Shown one piece after another: positions 29,090-39,269 of a DNA stretch of 64,000 bases. Position 1 is the first letter of the stretch. Every line of letters starts with the position of its first letter. Origin of the DNA: an uncultured Roseivirgaceae bacterium (lineage in GTDB: Bacteria; Bacteroidota; Bacteroidia; Cytophagales; Cyclobacteriaceae); contig CAZKBK010000009.1 of the NCBI GenBank assembly GCA_964551035.1, positions 8,662 through 72,661 of the forward strand. Direction: 5' to 3'. The position numbers and the translations under genes were made by a program. The notes under the pieces are model-generated. The model did not search any database, was not told the origin of the DNA, and worked only from the letters and a program-made list of their open reading frames with translations.

Positions 29090-29980
29090 ATGAATATTGA
29101 GATAACCGGGCTCACCAAGATCTACCCCAATGGGCATGCGGCCATCAGGGATGTGGACTTGCAGATCGGCAGCGGCATGTTTGGATTGCTTGGCCCCAAC
29201 GGCGCGGGCAAGTCGAGCTTTATGAGAATATTGGTCACGGTGCAAAAAGCCACCTCCGGCACCATCCTCATGGATGGGATGGACATCAATACGCACCGGC
29301 ATGAGATCAGGAAAACGATCGGATACCTTCCCCAGGACTTTACATTTTTCTCAAAGCTGAAGACCTGGGAATTTCTGGACTATGCCGCGCAACTGTCGAC
29401 ATCGCTGAAGAGAAAGGACCGGTTGGCGCGGGTTGACAGGCTGCTGGATCAGGTAGGCCTGCTCGACGTCCGCGAGCGGATGGCGAACAAACTCTCCGGT
29501 GGGATGAAGCGGAGGCTTGGCATTGCGCAAGCGCTCATCGGCGAACCGAGGCTGCTCGTCATCGACGAACCTACCACGGGCCTTGACCCTGAAGAACGCA
29601 TCCGCTTCCGGAACATCCTTTCCGACCTCAGCCAAAAGGACGTCACCATCATACTCTCAACCCATATCGTTGGCGACATCAGCAGCACATGCCACAACAT
29701 GGCCATGCTCAACAAGGGCGCGGTGGCTTTTAAAGGCTCCCCTGAGGGTATGATCGAGCGGGTACGCGGCCACGTCTGGCAGGTCGTGCTGGACGACGAC
29801 GCATTCAACGTCTTAAAGACCAGGCATTCGGTGGTTTCCACCATCCCTGCCGACGGCAAATGGGAAGTGCAACTCATCGCCGATGACCAGCCCCACCCTG
29901 CCGCCAGGCCGGCCAATCCAAACCTGGAACACGCGTATGTGTATTTTATGGAGAATGAATTTGGGGTGACACTGGTATGA
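29090..29980 (+). CDS. ABC transporter ATP-binding protein (ABC-2/DrrA-like, with C-terminal regulatory domain)
   Basis: Walker A GLLGPNGAGKSS, Q-loop GYLPQ, signature LSGGMKRRLGIAQAL, Walker B LLVIDEPTTGLD, H-loop STHIV. It is clearly paralogous to the NBD fused to the RND pump at 42574..43992. Confidence 0.9.
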   Translation: MNIEITGLTKIYPNGHAAIRDVDLQIGSGMFGLLGPNGAGKSSFMRILVTVQKATSGTILMDGMDINTHRHEIRKTIGYLPQDFTFFSKLKTWEFLDYAAQLSTSLKRKDRLARVDRLLDQVGLLDVRERMANKLSGGMKRRLGIAQALIGEPRLLVIDEPTTGLDPEERIRFRNILSDLSQKDVTIILSTHIVGDISSTCHNMAMLNKGAVAFKGSPEGMIERVRGHVWQVVLDDDAFNVLKTRHSVVSTIPADGKWEVQLIADDQPHPAARPANPNLEHAYVYFMENEFGVTLV

Positions 29981-32900
29981 TGTCCTTCAAAAATATCCTG
30001 ACTATTATGTCGTTCGAGGCCAGGGTGCTTTGGAGAAACTGGTTTTTCAGGATCATCGCCCTGCTCGGCGTGGGCTTCGTCGGCATTTTCAACCTGGCGG
30101 TTTTTTCCGAGCTCGACACGCCCCAATGGCACGTGCTCGCCAACGGATGGATACTCCCCTACGCCAGCCTGCTCATGATCAGTATCCCGCAAGCCGCCGC
30201 GGTCATATTCCTGGCGACCGGCATGATCAAGAAAGACAAAAAGCTTGACACCAATGAAGTCTTCTTCGTAAGGCCGATCACCAACCTCGACTACGTCTTT
30301 GGAAAAGCGCTGGCGCTGTTCACCCTCTTCTTCCTTTTGAACCTGGTGCTGCTTTGCATTCCCTTGATCATCGGCCTGACGAATCCTTCCGCCACCGTCA
30401 CGCCGCTGGCTTTTCTGATCTACCCGTTACTCACGACAGTCCCGGCGATCGTGTTTACCACGGGAATTTCATTCCTTCTCGTTACGGTCATCCGGAATCA
30501 GCCCATTTCCATTGTACTGCTCGTGGGTATTGCCGGCGTTCAACTGATCTACTACTTCGACCAGTTCTCCAATATCCTCGACTTCATGGCATTCCGCCTG
30601 TCGATGCTTGCCTCGGAGATCACCGGTTTCGTGGATATCGGATTTGCCCTATGGCAACGGGGCTTTTACTTGCTCACCGGCATTGCACTACTCTTTATCA
30701 CCGCGTTTCTCCTCGATCGCCTGGCGGGCCACAAGGTGGCGCACAAGGCCACCGCGTTCGTGGGTGTCGCGCTGTTGGCGGTTGCCGCATTCATCATGGT
30801 CAGGCTTTGGGACATGCGTCAGCGCCCGATTACGTTGCGCGAGGAGATGGTTGCCGTGAACGCCACCTGGGCAAACGTGCCCAACATCGATATCGTGTCG
30901 CACGTGATTGATGTAACGTGGTTGGGTGACCAGATCGCCAGCACTTCTGAGATGCGGGTGAGGAATAATACCAACCGGACATTGGATACGATCTACTTTA
31001 CCCTGAACCCGGGCTTAACGGTTGACGAAATGTTGGTTAACGACGCGCCGGTGAAGATCAACCGGGACTTGCAGATCGTGGCTATCGACGACGGCGTGAG
31101 CTTACCTGCCGGCGGCGAACTAACCGTCAGGATGAAATATCGCGGTCCCATCAGGGAGTCAGCCGCCCATTTGGACGTAGATCAGAAGCGTTACGAGTCT
31201 TCTAACGAACTGATCATGTTTTCACTGAAAAAGAAGTATGCATTCCTGGAACCGGATTATGTACTGCTTACCAAAGACGTGCTGTGGTACCCCGATACCC
31301 AGGTGGGCTTCAACCGCACTTCGGCCCGCAGGACCCGGCACAGCTTTGTGGATTTTCGATTGACTGTACACGCGCCAGCGGGTAAGACACCGATCTCCCA
31401 GGGCGAGGTCGTGATCAATGACGGCGTGCATCAGTTCCGACCGGAATATCCCCTGCCGCAAATTTCGCTCGTGATCGGCGACTATGCGAAAAAAGAGATA
31501 ACCGTTGACGGCGTTGACTATGCGGTTTTTCATCGTCCTGAAAATGATTTCTTCGTCCGGCATCTCGACCAACTCGCCGACACCCTGGGTTATCTCATCA
31601 GGGATGTTGCCAATGAATACGAAGATGCGCAAAAGCTCGCCTACCCGTTCAACAGGCTGCAGTTCGTGGAGGTCCCCATTCACTTCACCGCTTACGACAA
31701 GATTTATGATAGCCACCAGGCGTACTTACAACCTGAAACGGTCTTTTGGCCAGAGGAAGGCAGCCACATCAGGCAGTTCGACTTCAGAAGGCAGCTCCGT
31801 GACATGAACCGTCAGGCTGCCCGTACGAACCAGGTGTTGACGGACAAACAAAAGCAGGCGAACGTTTTCAACGACCTCATAAGAAAAGTGTTTACTAAAC
31901 AGATCGGCTCAACGTGGGTATGGGACGGCAGCGATGCCGATCGGGCGGATTATTCCCTCTTCCCCAACTATTACGATTTCAACTCGGGTATCGTCAGCGA
32001 GGATTGGCCTTTGCTGAACCGCAGCATCGCGACCTACCTGAGAAACGACAAGCAAACGCTGAATGACTATTCAAGAAATATCAACGGCATCTCTTTTACG
32101 GAAGAGTGCAACAACCTCATGCGAACGTCTTCCATGAAAGAGATCCTCACCGGGACGGAGTTCAGCAAGATCAGCAAGTCGGTGTCGCTGAAAAGCCAAT
32201 ACCTCTTCGCATACCTGGGCCACATGCTGGGCGAAAGCAACTTTAAGACGTTTCTGTATGACTGGGTGAACAACCATCAACACGAGCTCAATGGCTACCG
32301 TCATTTCCGGGAGGCGATCCGATCCCGATTCCACCTCGATATCGACCCCATTATTCGGGAAGTCTACGCTGAAACATCCCAACCGGCCTTCGAGATCCTC
32401 GACGTTCAGCAATATGAAGTAATGGACCGCGACCGGAAGCGTTATCAGGTGCTTGTCAAAGCAAGAAATTCCGGCGACAGTGACGGCGTGATCGAAGTCA
32501 GGTTCAACACGGGAGAAAGGGCCGCGGATGAAGACTACTATGCCGTAAAGGTGAATGAGGAGGTTGCCCAGGAGGCGCCGGGGAGGCTGGCGGTGATCAA
32601 ACAGGGCGAGACCAGGCTTATTGGTTTTGTCCTGGACGAAAAGCCAAACACGATCACCATCAACACCATAATCTCCAGGAACATACCCTCCTCGATCGTC
32701 ATGTCGGTTGGCGCCCTGTCGAGCCATGATGGCGGTCTTTTGTTTGACGGCGAGCGCGTCATCGCCAACGAACGGGATAACAACCCGTACGAGGTCATCG
32801 TCGACAACGAGGATCCCGGATTCAGCACCTTCAGCCCCATCAAGCCCACCATCTTGAAGGCCTGGCTGGACAGCCGCAATGCGACCGATCAAAAGTATTA

Positions 32901-33312
32901 CGGCAACTGGTCAAGTTCCTACTCCCGGTGGCTGGCGACAACCGGTTCCGGCTTCCATGGCCGCGTAATACGCTCGGCGCATTTCACCCGATCGGGAAAC
33001 GGTGAAAAGATCGCGACATGGGCTCCTGAATTGCCACAAGACGGCTTCTATGACCTTTATGTCTACATGATGGGCAAGAACCAGAATGAATTTCGGGGCG
33101 GCGATGGCGACAGCAGGCAGTTCACCTATCACTATGTAGTCAACAATGCCGACGGCACTGACGATATCCGCTACAACATTTCCAACGCGGAGCCGGGCTG
33201 GAATTACCTCGGCTCATACTATTTCGCTAAAAATGGTAGCAGCGTTTCGCTGACCGACGAATGCGAGCTACGAACGGTGTATGCGGATGCGGTCAAATGG
33301 GTCAGGCAGTAG
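29977..33312 (+). CDS. ABC-2-type permease fused to a large extracytoplasmic M1-aminopeptidase-like domain (catalytic motifs degenerate) and a C-terminal beta-sandwich
   Basis: The start overlaps the upstream stop (ATGA). The first ~290 aa are multi-pass membrane. The soluble part shows the M1-like order YPFNRLQFVEVPIHFTAYDK (GAMEN position), DLIRKVFTKQIG (HEXXH position), SEDWPLLNRSIATYL (WLNEG.A.Y position) and AYLGHMLGESNFKTFLYDWV. The C-terminal ~150 aa (GFYDLYVYMMGKNQ...VYADAVKWVRQ) is beta-sandwich-like. Confidence 0.75.
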   Translation: MMSFKNILTIMSFEARVLWRNWFFRIIALLGVGFVGIFNLAVFSELDTPQWHVLANGWILPYASLLMISIPQAAAVIFLATGMIKKDKKLDTNEVFFVRPITNLDYVFGKALALFTLFFLLNLVLLCIPLIIGLTNPSATVTPLAFLIYPLLTTVPAIVFTTGISFLLVTVIRNQPISIVLLVGIAGVQLIYYFDQFSNILDFMAFRLSMLASEITGFVDIGFALWQRGFYLLTGIALLFITAFLLDRLAGHKVAHKATAFVGVALLAVAAFIMVRLWDMRQRPITLREEMVAVNATWANVPNIDIVSHVIDVTWLGDQIASTSEMRVRNNTNRTLDTIYFTLNPGLTVDEMLVNDAPVKINRDLQIVAIDDGVSLPAGGELTVRMKYRGPIRESAAHLDVDQKRYESSNELIMFSLKKKYAFLEPDYVLLTKDVLWYPDTQVGFNRTSARRTRHSFVDFRLTVHAPAGKTPISQGEVVINDGVHQFRPEYPLPQISLVIGDYAKKEITVDGVDYAVFHRPENDFFVRHLDQLADTLGYLIRDVANEYEDAQKLAYPFNRLQFVEVPIHFTAYDKIYDSHQAYLQPETVFWPEEGSHIRQFDFRRQLRDMNRQAARTNQVLTDKQKQANVFNDLIRKVFTKQIGSTWVWDGSDADRADYSLFPNYYDFNSGIVSEDWPLLNRSIATYLRNDKQTLNDYSRNINGISFTEECNNLMRTSSMKEILTGTEFSKISKSVSLKSQYLFAYLGHMLGESNFKTFLYDWVNNHQHELNGYRHFREAIRSRFHLDIDPIIREVYAETSQPAFEILDVQQYEVMDRDRKRYQVLVKARNSGDSDGVIEVRFNTGERAADEDYYAVKVNEEVAQEAPGRLAVIKQGETRLIGFVLDEKPNTITINTIISRNIPSSIVMSVGALSSHDGGLLFDGERVIANERDNNPYEVIVDNEDPGFSTFSPIKPTILKAWLDSRNATDQKYYGNWSSSYSRWLATTGSGFHGRVIRSAHFTRSGNGEKIATWAPELPQDGFYDLYVYMMGKNQNEFRGGDGDSRQFTYHYVVNNADGTDDIRYNISNAEPGWNYLGSYYFAKNGSSVSLTDECELRTVYADAVKWVRQ

Positions 33313-33390
33313 GAGGTACGAATGAGGAGGTACGAATTACGAAGTACGAATTACGAGGTACGAGGTGCGATCGCCCTGTAGGGCGAAATG
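33311..33390. repeat. Heptamer-repeat tract (ACGAnnT x8) plus hairpin TCGCCC-tgta-GGGCGA; the same family as the 59.4-60.6 kb array, in opposite orientation
   Basis: AGGAGGT-ACGAATG-AGGAGGT-ACGAATT-ACGAAGT-ACGAATT-ACGAGGT-ACGAGGT, then GCGATCGCCCTGTAGGGCGA. The reverse complement matches the CCTCGTA / ATTCGTA tracts and the TCGCCCCTACAGGGCGA hairpin of the tandem units. It starts on the stop codon of 29977..33312. Confidence 0.6.
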
Positions 33391-33478
33391 TCGGTAACGA
33401 GATATGGCATAACATGAACGTCTTCACGAAACAACAACCCGATAAAAATTCCACAAGTTCAAAATAAGAATCCCAACG

Positions 33479-34990
33479 ATGCATATGAGTTTTCGTAAAA
33501 CAATCAACGCAACATCCGGGCAGGCTCCCAGCAATTGGATGGCAGCACTCCTTGTTCTGATAGGCTGCAGTCTGATCACGTCAGGGACCATGGCGCAGCG
33601 CACGCTGAATTTGAGCGAGGCGATCCGGATCGCGCAGGCCAGCAGTCCCAGCATTAAGAAATCGAAATTGAATCTATACGGTAATCAGCGAAGCCTCGAT
33701 GCGCAACGCGCCTCCCTGAAATCGAGATTCGCCCTGGATATCACGCCATTCGACTACAACCGAAACCGCAATTTCAACGACCTCTTTTCTACCTGGAACA
33801 CCAACGAAGACTATAACTCATTCGCTAACTTATCGGTCAGTCAGCCCATTGTGGCTACCGATGGGACCATCTCGCTGGTGAACCGGCTCGGCTACAGGGA
33901 CAACTATTCAGAGTTCCAGGATGTCAGGACGCAAACCTACAGCAACAACCTGTATTTGCAACTGGACCAGCCCATCTTCACCTACAACCGAACGAAGATC
34001 CAGCTCCGGGAATTGGAGCTGAACCTCGAGAATGCCAGGATCAGCAACGCGCTGCAATTGCTGAGCCTCGAACAAAACGTCACCCAATCGTTCTATGCCG
34101 TGTATCAAAGTCAAAACAACCTGGAGATTGCCAGGGACGAATACGAAAACCAAAAGATCAGCTATGAAATCACCAAAAACAAAGTGGATGCCGACCTCCT
34201 GGCAAAGGAAGAACTTTACCAGGCCGAATTAAACCTTGCCACCTCCAGGTCGACATTGGAAAACAATCAGGTGCTGCTTGAGAATGCCGCCGATGATTTC
34301 AAGCTGCTACTCGGAATCCCGCTGACGGAAGCACTCGCCGTCGAAGTGAATGTCGACTTTGTTACCCAGGAGGTGGACCTCAACAAGGCGATTGTTTTTG
34401 CCCTCGAGAACCGAATGGAACTACGGCAGCGCGCGATCGACATTGAACGTTCCCAGTTCGAACTGATCCGCACCAAGGCGTTGAACGAATTCAAAGGCGC
34501 GGTCTCGTTGTCATTGGGCATTTTTGGAGACAACGAACGCGCACCGGACATCTATGAGGTGCCGGCCGTGAATCCGCGCGTGGCGATATCCTTTAACATA
34601 CCCATTTTCGACTGGGGCGAAAACAGGGCGAGGATGGACGCCGCCAACGCAAGCCTCCAGATCAGGCAGGTAGACCTGGAAGTGGAGAAGAATGAGATCG
34701 TCATCAATATCAGGAAAGTCTATAGAAACCTCCAGAACCTTGAAAACCAAATACGGATCGCCGAGCAGAATGTCAAAAACGCCGAATTGACGTATGACAT
34801 CAACCTCGAACGCTACAAAAACGGAGACCTTACCAGCATCGACCTCAACCAGTTTCAAAGCCAGCTTTCCGAAAAGAAAAGCACGCTGGCGGATGCCCTG
34901 ATCAACTACAAAGTTGAATTGCTGAACCTTAAGATCCTCTCCCTCTATGATTTTGAGCATCAACAACCACTCATCATTCCATACAACTAA
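33479..34990 (+). CDS. TolC-family outer-membrane efflux protein
   Basis: 503 aa with a signal peptide (ALLVLIGCSLITSGTMAQ). It has the two-fold OEP repeat architecture with long coiled-coil segments (LNLSEAIRIAQASSPSIKKSKLNL; LERYKNGDLTSIDLNQFQSQL). Confidence 0.9.
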   Translation: MHMSFRKTINATSGQAPSNWMAALLVLIGCSLITSGTMAQRTLNLSEAIRIAQASSPSIKKSKLNLYGNQRSLDAQRASLKSRFALDITPFDYNRNRNFNDLFSTWNTNEDYNSFANLSVSQPIVATDGTISLVNRLGYRDNYSEFQDVRTQTYSNNLYLQLDQPIFTYNRTKIQLRELELNLENARISNALQLLSLEQNVTQSFYAVYQSQNNLEIARDEYENQKISYEITKNKVDADLLAKEELYQAELNLATSRSTLENNQVLLENAADDFKLLLGIPLTEALAVEVNVDFVTQEVDLNKAIVFALENRMELRQRAIDIERSQFELIRTKALNEFKGAVSLSLGIFGDNERAPDIYEVPAVNPRVAISFNIPIFDWGENRARMDAANASLQIRQVDLEVEKNEIVINIRKVYRNLQNLENQIRIAEQNVKNAELTYDINLERYKNGDLTSIDLNQFQSQLSEKKSTLADALINYKVELLNLKILSLYDFEHQQPLIIPYN

Positions 34991-35016
34991 TCTTCCAATT
35001 GCAAAAACATATCAAT

Positions 35017-36075
35017 ATGAAAAAACTGAAATACGGGATCCTTCCACTGCTAGCCATGATCGCCTTCTCCTCGTGCAGTCCCGAAGACTCCAGCATTAAG
35101 ACAGAAATAAAGATCCCTGTATCGGTTGTCAGTATCAAGCCGCAGAGCATTTCCCGGTTTATCGAGACAACGGGGACGGTGTATTCTTCGAAGGAAGGTC
35201 TGTTGAAGTTCGAACTGGGCGGCATCTACAGGCTCCAGCGAAACCCGGCTACCGGAAGACCATTCGCCCTCGGCGACGTCGTGAAAGCCGGCCAGGTGTT
35301 GATCCGGCTCGAAGACCGCGAGTTCGAGAATAGCCTCCAGGTGGAAGGCAAGAAGCTTAACCTTGAACTGGCGGAGGACAACCTCCGAAAACAAAAGTCG
35401 CTGTATGACAAGGGTGGCGTCACGCAGACCGAATTGAAAAACGCGTCCATCGAATATGTATCGGCAAAGTACGCCTATGAGAATGCCGAAATACAAATGG
35501 CTAAGCTGGCCGTGAAGGCTCCTTTTGATGGCGTTATCGTCGAACTCCCCTATCGCACCGACGGTGTAAGGATCGACCAGGGTCAGGAACTGGTCAAGGT
35601 GATGCAATACGACAAGCTGCTGATGGACGTCATGCTTCCCGAAAAGCATTTGCATGAAGTGACGGTCGACCAGGTCGTGCAGGTCTCCAGCTATAACGTG
35701 ACGCGGGATACAGTATATGGGAAGATCAGCCAGATCTCCCCGGTTATCAATCCCGATACCAGGACCTTCAAGAGCGTGCTTCAAATCAACAATGAAGAAC
35801 GGCTGTTGCGTCCGGGAATGTTTATCAAGGCATTCATCCTTTCGGAAAAGCACGACAGCACGATCGTGGTCCCTAAGGAGACGGTCATCTCCCGGCAGGA
35901 CGGCAAAGTCGTTTTCACCGTGGAAAATGGAATTGCCACGGAAAAGAAGATCACCACCGGACTTGAAAACATGGATGTGATAGAGGTCGTCGGCGGGCTG
36001 AAGGTCAACGACCGGCTGGTTGTTTCCGGATTCGAGACACTGAGGAACAAATCCAAAGTCAGCATCATTCAATAA
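35017..36075 (+). CDS. Efflux periplasmic adaptor (membrane fusion protein, HlyD/AcrA family), lipoprotein
   Basis: MKKLKYGILPLLAMIAFSSCS is a lipobox. Lipoyl/hairpin motifs: VKAGQVLIRLEDREFENSLQ and LAVKAPFDGVIVELP. The ORF opens at 34999. Confidence 0.9.
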   Translation: MKKLKYGILPLLAMIAFSSCSPEDSSIKTEIKIPVSVVSIKPQSISRFIETTGTVYSSKEGLLKFELGGIYRLQRNPATGRPFALGDVVKAGQVLIRLEDREFENSLQVEGKKLNLELAEDNLRKQKSLYDKGGVTQTELKNASIEYVSAKYAYENAEIQMAKLAVKAPFDGVIVELPYRTDGVRIDQGQELVKVMQYDKLLMDVMLPEKHLHEVTVDQVVQVSSYNVTRDTVYGKISQISPVINPDTRTFKSVLQINNEERLLRPGMFIKAFILSEKHDSTIVVPKETVISRQDGKVVFTVENGIATEKKITTGLENMDVIEVVGGLKVNDRLVVSGFETLRNKSKVSIIQ

Positions 36076-36101
36076 GCGTTTCAAACAAACTCAAAAATCG
36101 C

Positions 36102-39100
36102 GTGAAAAAGATAGTCTCGTTAGCGGTCTCCTACCCTGTTTCGATCCTGATGTTGGTGTTGGCTGTTATCCTGCTGGGTTCGATATCGTTCGGGAAGCTG
36201 GGCATCGAGCTGGTGCCGGAACTGAAGAACCCCACGTTGTTCGTGGAGCTAAAAGTCGGCATCAAGCCTCCGTCGGAAGTAGAAAAGCAATTCATTGAAT
36301 CCATCGAGTCCATTGCCATCAGGCAAAACGGCGCCGTCGAAGTGAGTTCCATGAGTCAGACGGGTTATGGCCGCGTCACGGTGCAGTACGACTGGGGCAA
36401 GGATATGGACGAAGCGTTCCTGGATCTTCAGAAATCGCTCTCGGCATTTTCAATGAACGAAGAGGTCGATGAATTCGTCATCTCGCAATTCGATCCCAAT
36501 GCCGCGCCGATCATGACCTTGGGAATCTATAATCCGGCATCCAATGACACGGACGCGCTGCGAAGGATAGCGGAGAACAACTTCAGAAACGAATTCATCA
36601 AACTGCCGGGCATCGCCGAAGTGCGCCTGTCCGGCGAGCAGGAGAAAGAGGTGGTGGTGGAAACGGACCCCGACCTGCTGGCCTCGTTCGGCCTTACGGT
36701 GAACGACCTGGTAACAAAGATCCAGAGTTACAACCGAAGTGTCTCCGGCGGCTTTATAGAAGACCTGGGACGTAAGTATGTCATCAAAGGATTGGGAATC
36801 ATCAACACCCCCGACGACATGGAAGAACTGGTGGTTGGCTACACCACCCGCGCAAATACCACCTCCAACCCGGGATCCGTATCCCTGACCGGAGAAATTG
36901 CGCCGGCTGCCAATAGTCAGGTGTCGGTATCGGATCAGGTACCCATCCTCCTTCGTGAAGTTGCAACGATACGGGTATTGAACAAAGAAGCCAGCACCAT
37001 TGTCAGGGTGAACCAGCAACGAAGCGTGGGAATGTCGATCTACAAAGAAACGAACTACAATACCGTCAATGCAGTCGATGAACTGATGACGGCCCTGGAG
37101 GAGCAGCGGAAAACGGTTCCCGGCTATGAGGTTGTCGTCATTCAGAATCAGGGCAGGTTTATTCAGGGCGCCATTGATGAAGTGAAAGAAGCGGGTCTGT
37201 ACGGCGCACTTTTCGCGATGATCGTCCTGTTCCTTTTCCTGCGGAGAATAGGATCGACCCTGATCGTCAGCATCATTATTCCGATTTCCGTCATCGCGAC
37301 CTTCAACCTGATGTATTTCAACGGGCTCACGCTGAATGTGATGACGCTGGGCGGACTGGCCTTGAGTGCTGGAATGCTCGTCGACATCGCCATCGTGGTG
37401 GTAGAGAATATTTTCCGCAGACGCGAAGAGGGACTGAGCGTCGTGGACGCTGCCGTAGTGGGCACAAGCGAAGTAAGCGGCGCCATCACGGCCTCGACGC
37501 TGACCACGATCGTTGTATTCCTTCCCATCGTCTACTTACAAGGTCCATCCGGAGAACTTTTTAAAGACCAGGCGTGGACGGTCGCCTTTTCACAGATGGC
37601 TTCCCTGGTTGTGGCCATCCTGGTGATCCCCATGCTCTTCGTCCAATTCTTTCGAAAGGATAAAGCTGTACGCAAGGAAACGCCGGTAAGGTTTCAAGCG
37701 TACCGTTCCCTCCTGGAAAAGGTCCTGAACCATAAGGCTGTCTTCATCGCAGCGTCTCTGGTAATGATGTTGGGGGCCTATTTGCTTTTGCCTGTAGTCG
37801 GCAGCGAGTATTTGCCGCAAGCCGGCACACGCGCCATCTCTGTTGACCTGACGATGAACAACGGCACGGCGCTTTTGAGAACTTCAGCAGCGGTGGGCCA
37901 AATCGAAAGCCAGCTCATGCAGCTTTTCGACGGGCAGCTGGAGAAAACCTATTCGCATATTGGTGCACAGCAAACCCAGTCCGGTATCAGCAATGACAAC
38001 GCTTTCCATGAAAACACGGCTAACATCAAGCTCATTTTCAGGGAAGATGTCGAATTGGACATGGCCGCGGCTACGTCGAGGCTATCCGCATACTTTGAAG
38101 CGTTGCCCGGCATTGAGGCTACGTTCTCCAATGACGAGAGTTACCTCTATGCCGTAAAAGGCAGCGAGGAAATGCCGCTGATCATCGAAATAAGCGGTCC
38201 TGAGTTCGAAAGCCTCAAGCCGCTTTCCGATTCAGTTATGCTCGCCCTGGCTGCCAATGAACACGTCTATGAACCCGTGTCCGATCTTGAAGAAGGAGTG
38301 CCGCAAGTAAAAGTCGATGTTGACAAGTACAGGGCGGGATTGCTGAACCTCTCCATTGACGACGTGATCGTTCAGGTTAAAGACCGCCTGGAGGGCAAGG
38401 ATGCCGGCGCCATCGAACGCGATGGAGAGATGCAAACCATAAGCATAAAGGTTCCGGAACTTTCGCTGGCGGGACTGGAGAACCTGCGTATAAAGAGTGG
38501 CGAGCGTGAATTTCCATTAAGTGAGATCGCAAGTGTGACCGTGGAGCACGCCAGCAATTCCATTTACCGCAAGAATCAAACAAGGACAGTCTCCATCGGC
38601 GCGCGGGTGAACCCGGACATCCCGTATGACAAAGTGATCAAGTCCGTGGAAGCATCCCTGATGACGCTATCGGTGCCACCCCAGTATAAAATACGGGTAG
38701 CCGGCCAGGAGTTGCGGCGCAAGGAGTCTCTTAAGAACCTGAGTTTCGCGCTGGTACTCTCGGTTGTATTGGTGTACATGGTCCTTGCGTCACAGTTCGA
38801 ATCGCTCCTCCATCCTTTTACGATCTTGTTGACGATACCATTCGCCACCGTTGGTGCGATACTCGCATTCTTCGTCCTTGGGATGCCCTTAAACATGATG
38901 GGATTCATCGGAATCATTCTCCTCGGGGGAATTGCCGTGAACAACTCGATCATCCTCGTCGATTGCATCACGCAAAACAGGATGAGCGGAATGGCTGTCA
39001 AAGAAGCCATACTTGACGCCGGCCAGCGCCGGTTGCGACCCATATTGATGACCACCCTGACGACCATCCTGGGCCTCCTTCCGTTGACTTTGGGATTCGG

Positions 39101-39269
39101 AGAAAGCGCCGCATTAAGAACGCCCATCGCCATTGCCGTGATCGGAGGATTGACCACGTCTACCCTACTGACGCTGATCATCATTCCCTGCTACTACGAG
39201 AGCATTGAAAATATTGTTGAATGGTTGAGGGGTAGGCGAAAAGTGAAAATCGAAGTTCAACATGGCTAA
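36102..39269 (+). CDS. RND efflux permease (AcrB/MdtB-like), paralog 1
   Basis: 1055 aa with a GTG start. It has the classical 12-TM plus two large periplasmic loop layout. TM4 is GMLVDIAIVVVENIFR and TM10 is GGIAVNNSIILVDCI. Its stop overlaps the start of the next RND gene by 8 nt. Confidence 0.95.
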   Translation: MKKIVSLAVSYPVSILMLVLAVILLGSISFGKLGIELVPELKNPTLFVELKVGIKPPSEVEKQFIESIESIAIRQNGAVEVSSMSQTGYGRVTVQYDWGKDMDEAFLDLQKSLSAFSMNEEVDEFVISQFDPNAAPIMTLGIYNPASNDTDALRRIAENNFRNEFIKLPGIAEVRLSGEQEKEVVVETDPDLLASFGLTVNDLVTKIQSYNRSVSGGFIEDLGRKYVIKGLGIINTPDDMEELVVGYTTRANTTSNPGSVSLTGEIAPAANSQVSVSDQVPILLREVATIRVLNKEASTIVRVNQQRSVGMSIYKETNYNTVNAVDELMTALEEQRKTVPGYEVVVIQNQGRFIQGAIDEVKEAGLYGALFAMIVLFLFLRRIGSTLIVSIIIPISVIATFNLMYFNGLTLNVMTLGGLALSAGMLVDIAIVVVENIFRRREEGLSVVDAAVVGTSEVSGAITASTLTTIVVFLPIVYLQGPSGELFKDQAWTVAFSQMASLVVAILVIPMLFVQFFRKDKAVRKETPVRFQAYRSLLEKVLNHKAVFIAASLVMMLGAYLLLPVVGSEYLPQAGTRAISVDLTMNNGTALLRTSAAVGQIESQLMQLFDGQLEKTYSHIGAQQTQSGISNDNAFHENTANIKLIFREDVELDMAAATSRLSAYFEALPGIEATFSNDESYLYAVKGSEEMPLIIEISGPEFESLKPLSDSVMLALAANEHVYEPVSDLEEGVPQVKVDVDKYRAGLLNLSIDDVIVQVKDRLEGKDAGAIERDGEMQTISIKVPELSLAGLENLRIKSGEREFPLSEIASVTVEHASNSIYRKNQTRTVSIGARVNPDIPYDKVIKSVEASLMTLSVPPQYKIRVAGQELRRKESLKNLSFALVLSVVLVYMVLASQFESLLHPFTILLTIPFATVGAILAFFVLGMPLNMMGFIGIILLGGIAVNNSIILVDCITQNRMSGMAVKEAILDAGQRRLRPILMTTLTTILGLLPLTLGFGESAALRTPIAIAVIGGLTTSTLLTLIIIPCYYESIENIVEWLRGRRKVKIEVQHG

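Noticed and set aside
35050-36084. 344-aa ORF antisense to the entire MFP adaptor gene
   Set aside because: It is a shadow ORF. The sense strand has clear MFP motifs and a lipoprotein signal. The antisense product is low-complexity (Asp/Leu/Arg/His-rich) with no recognisable domain.
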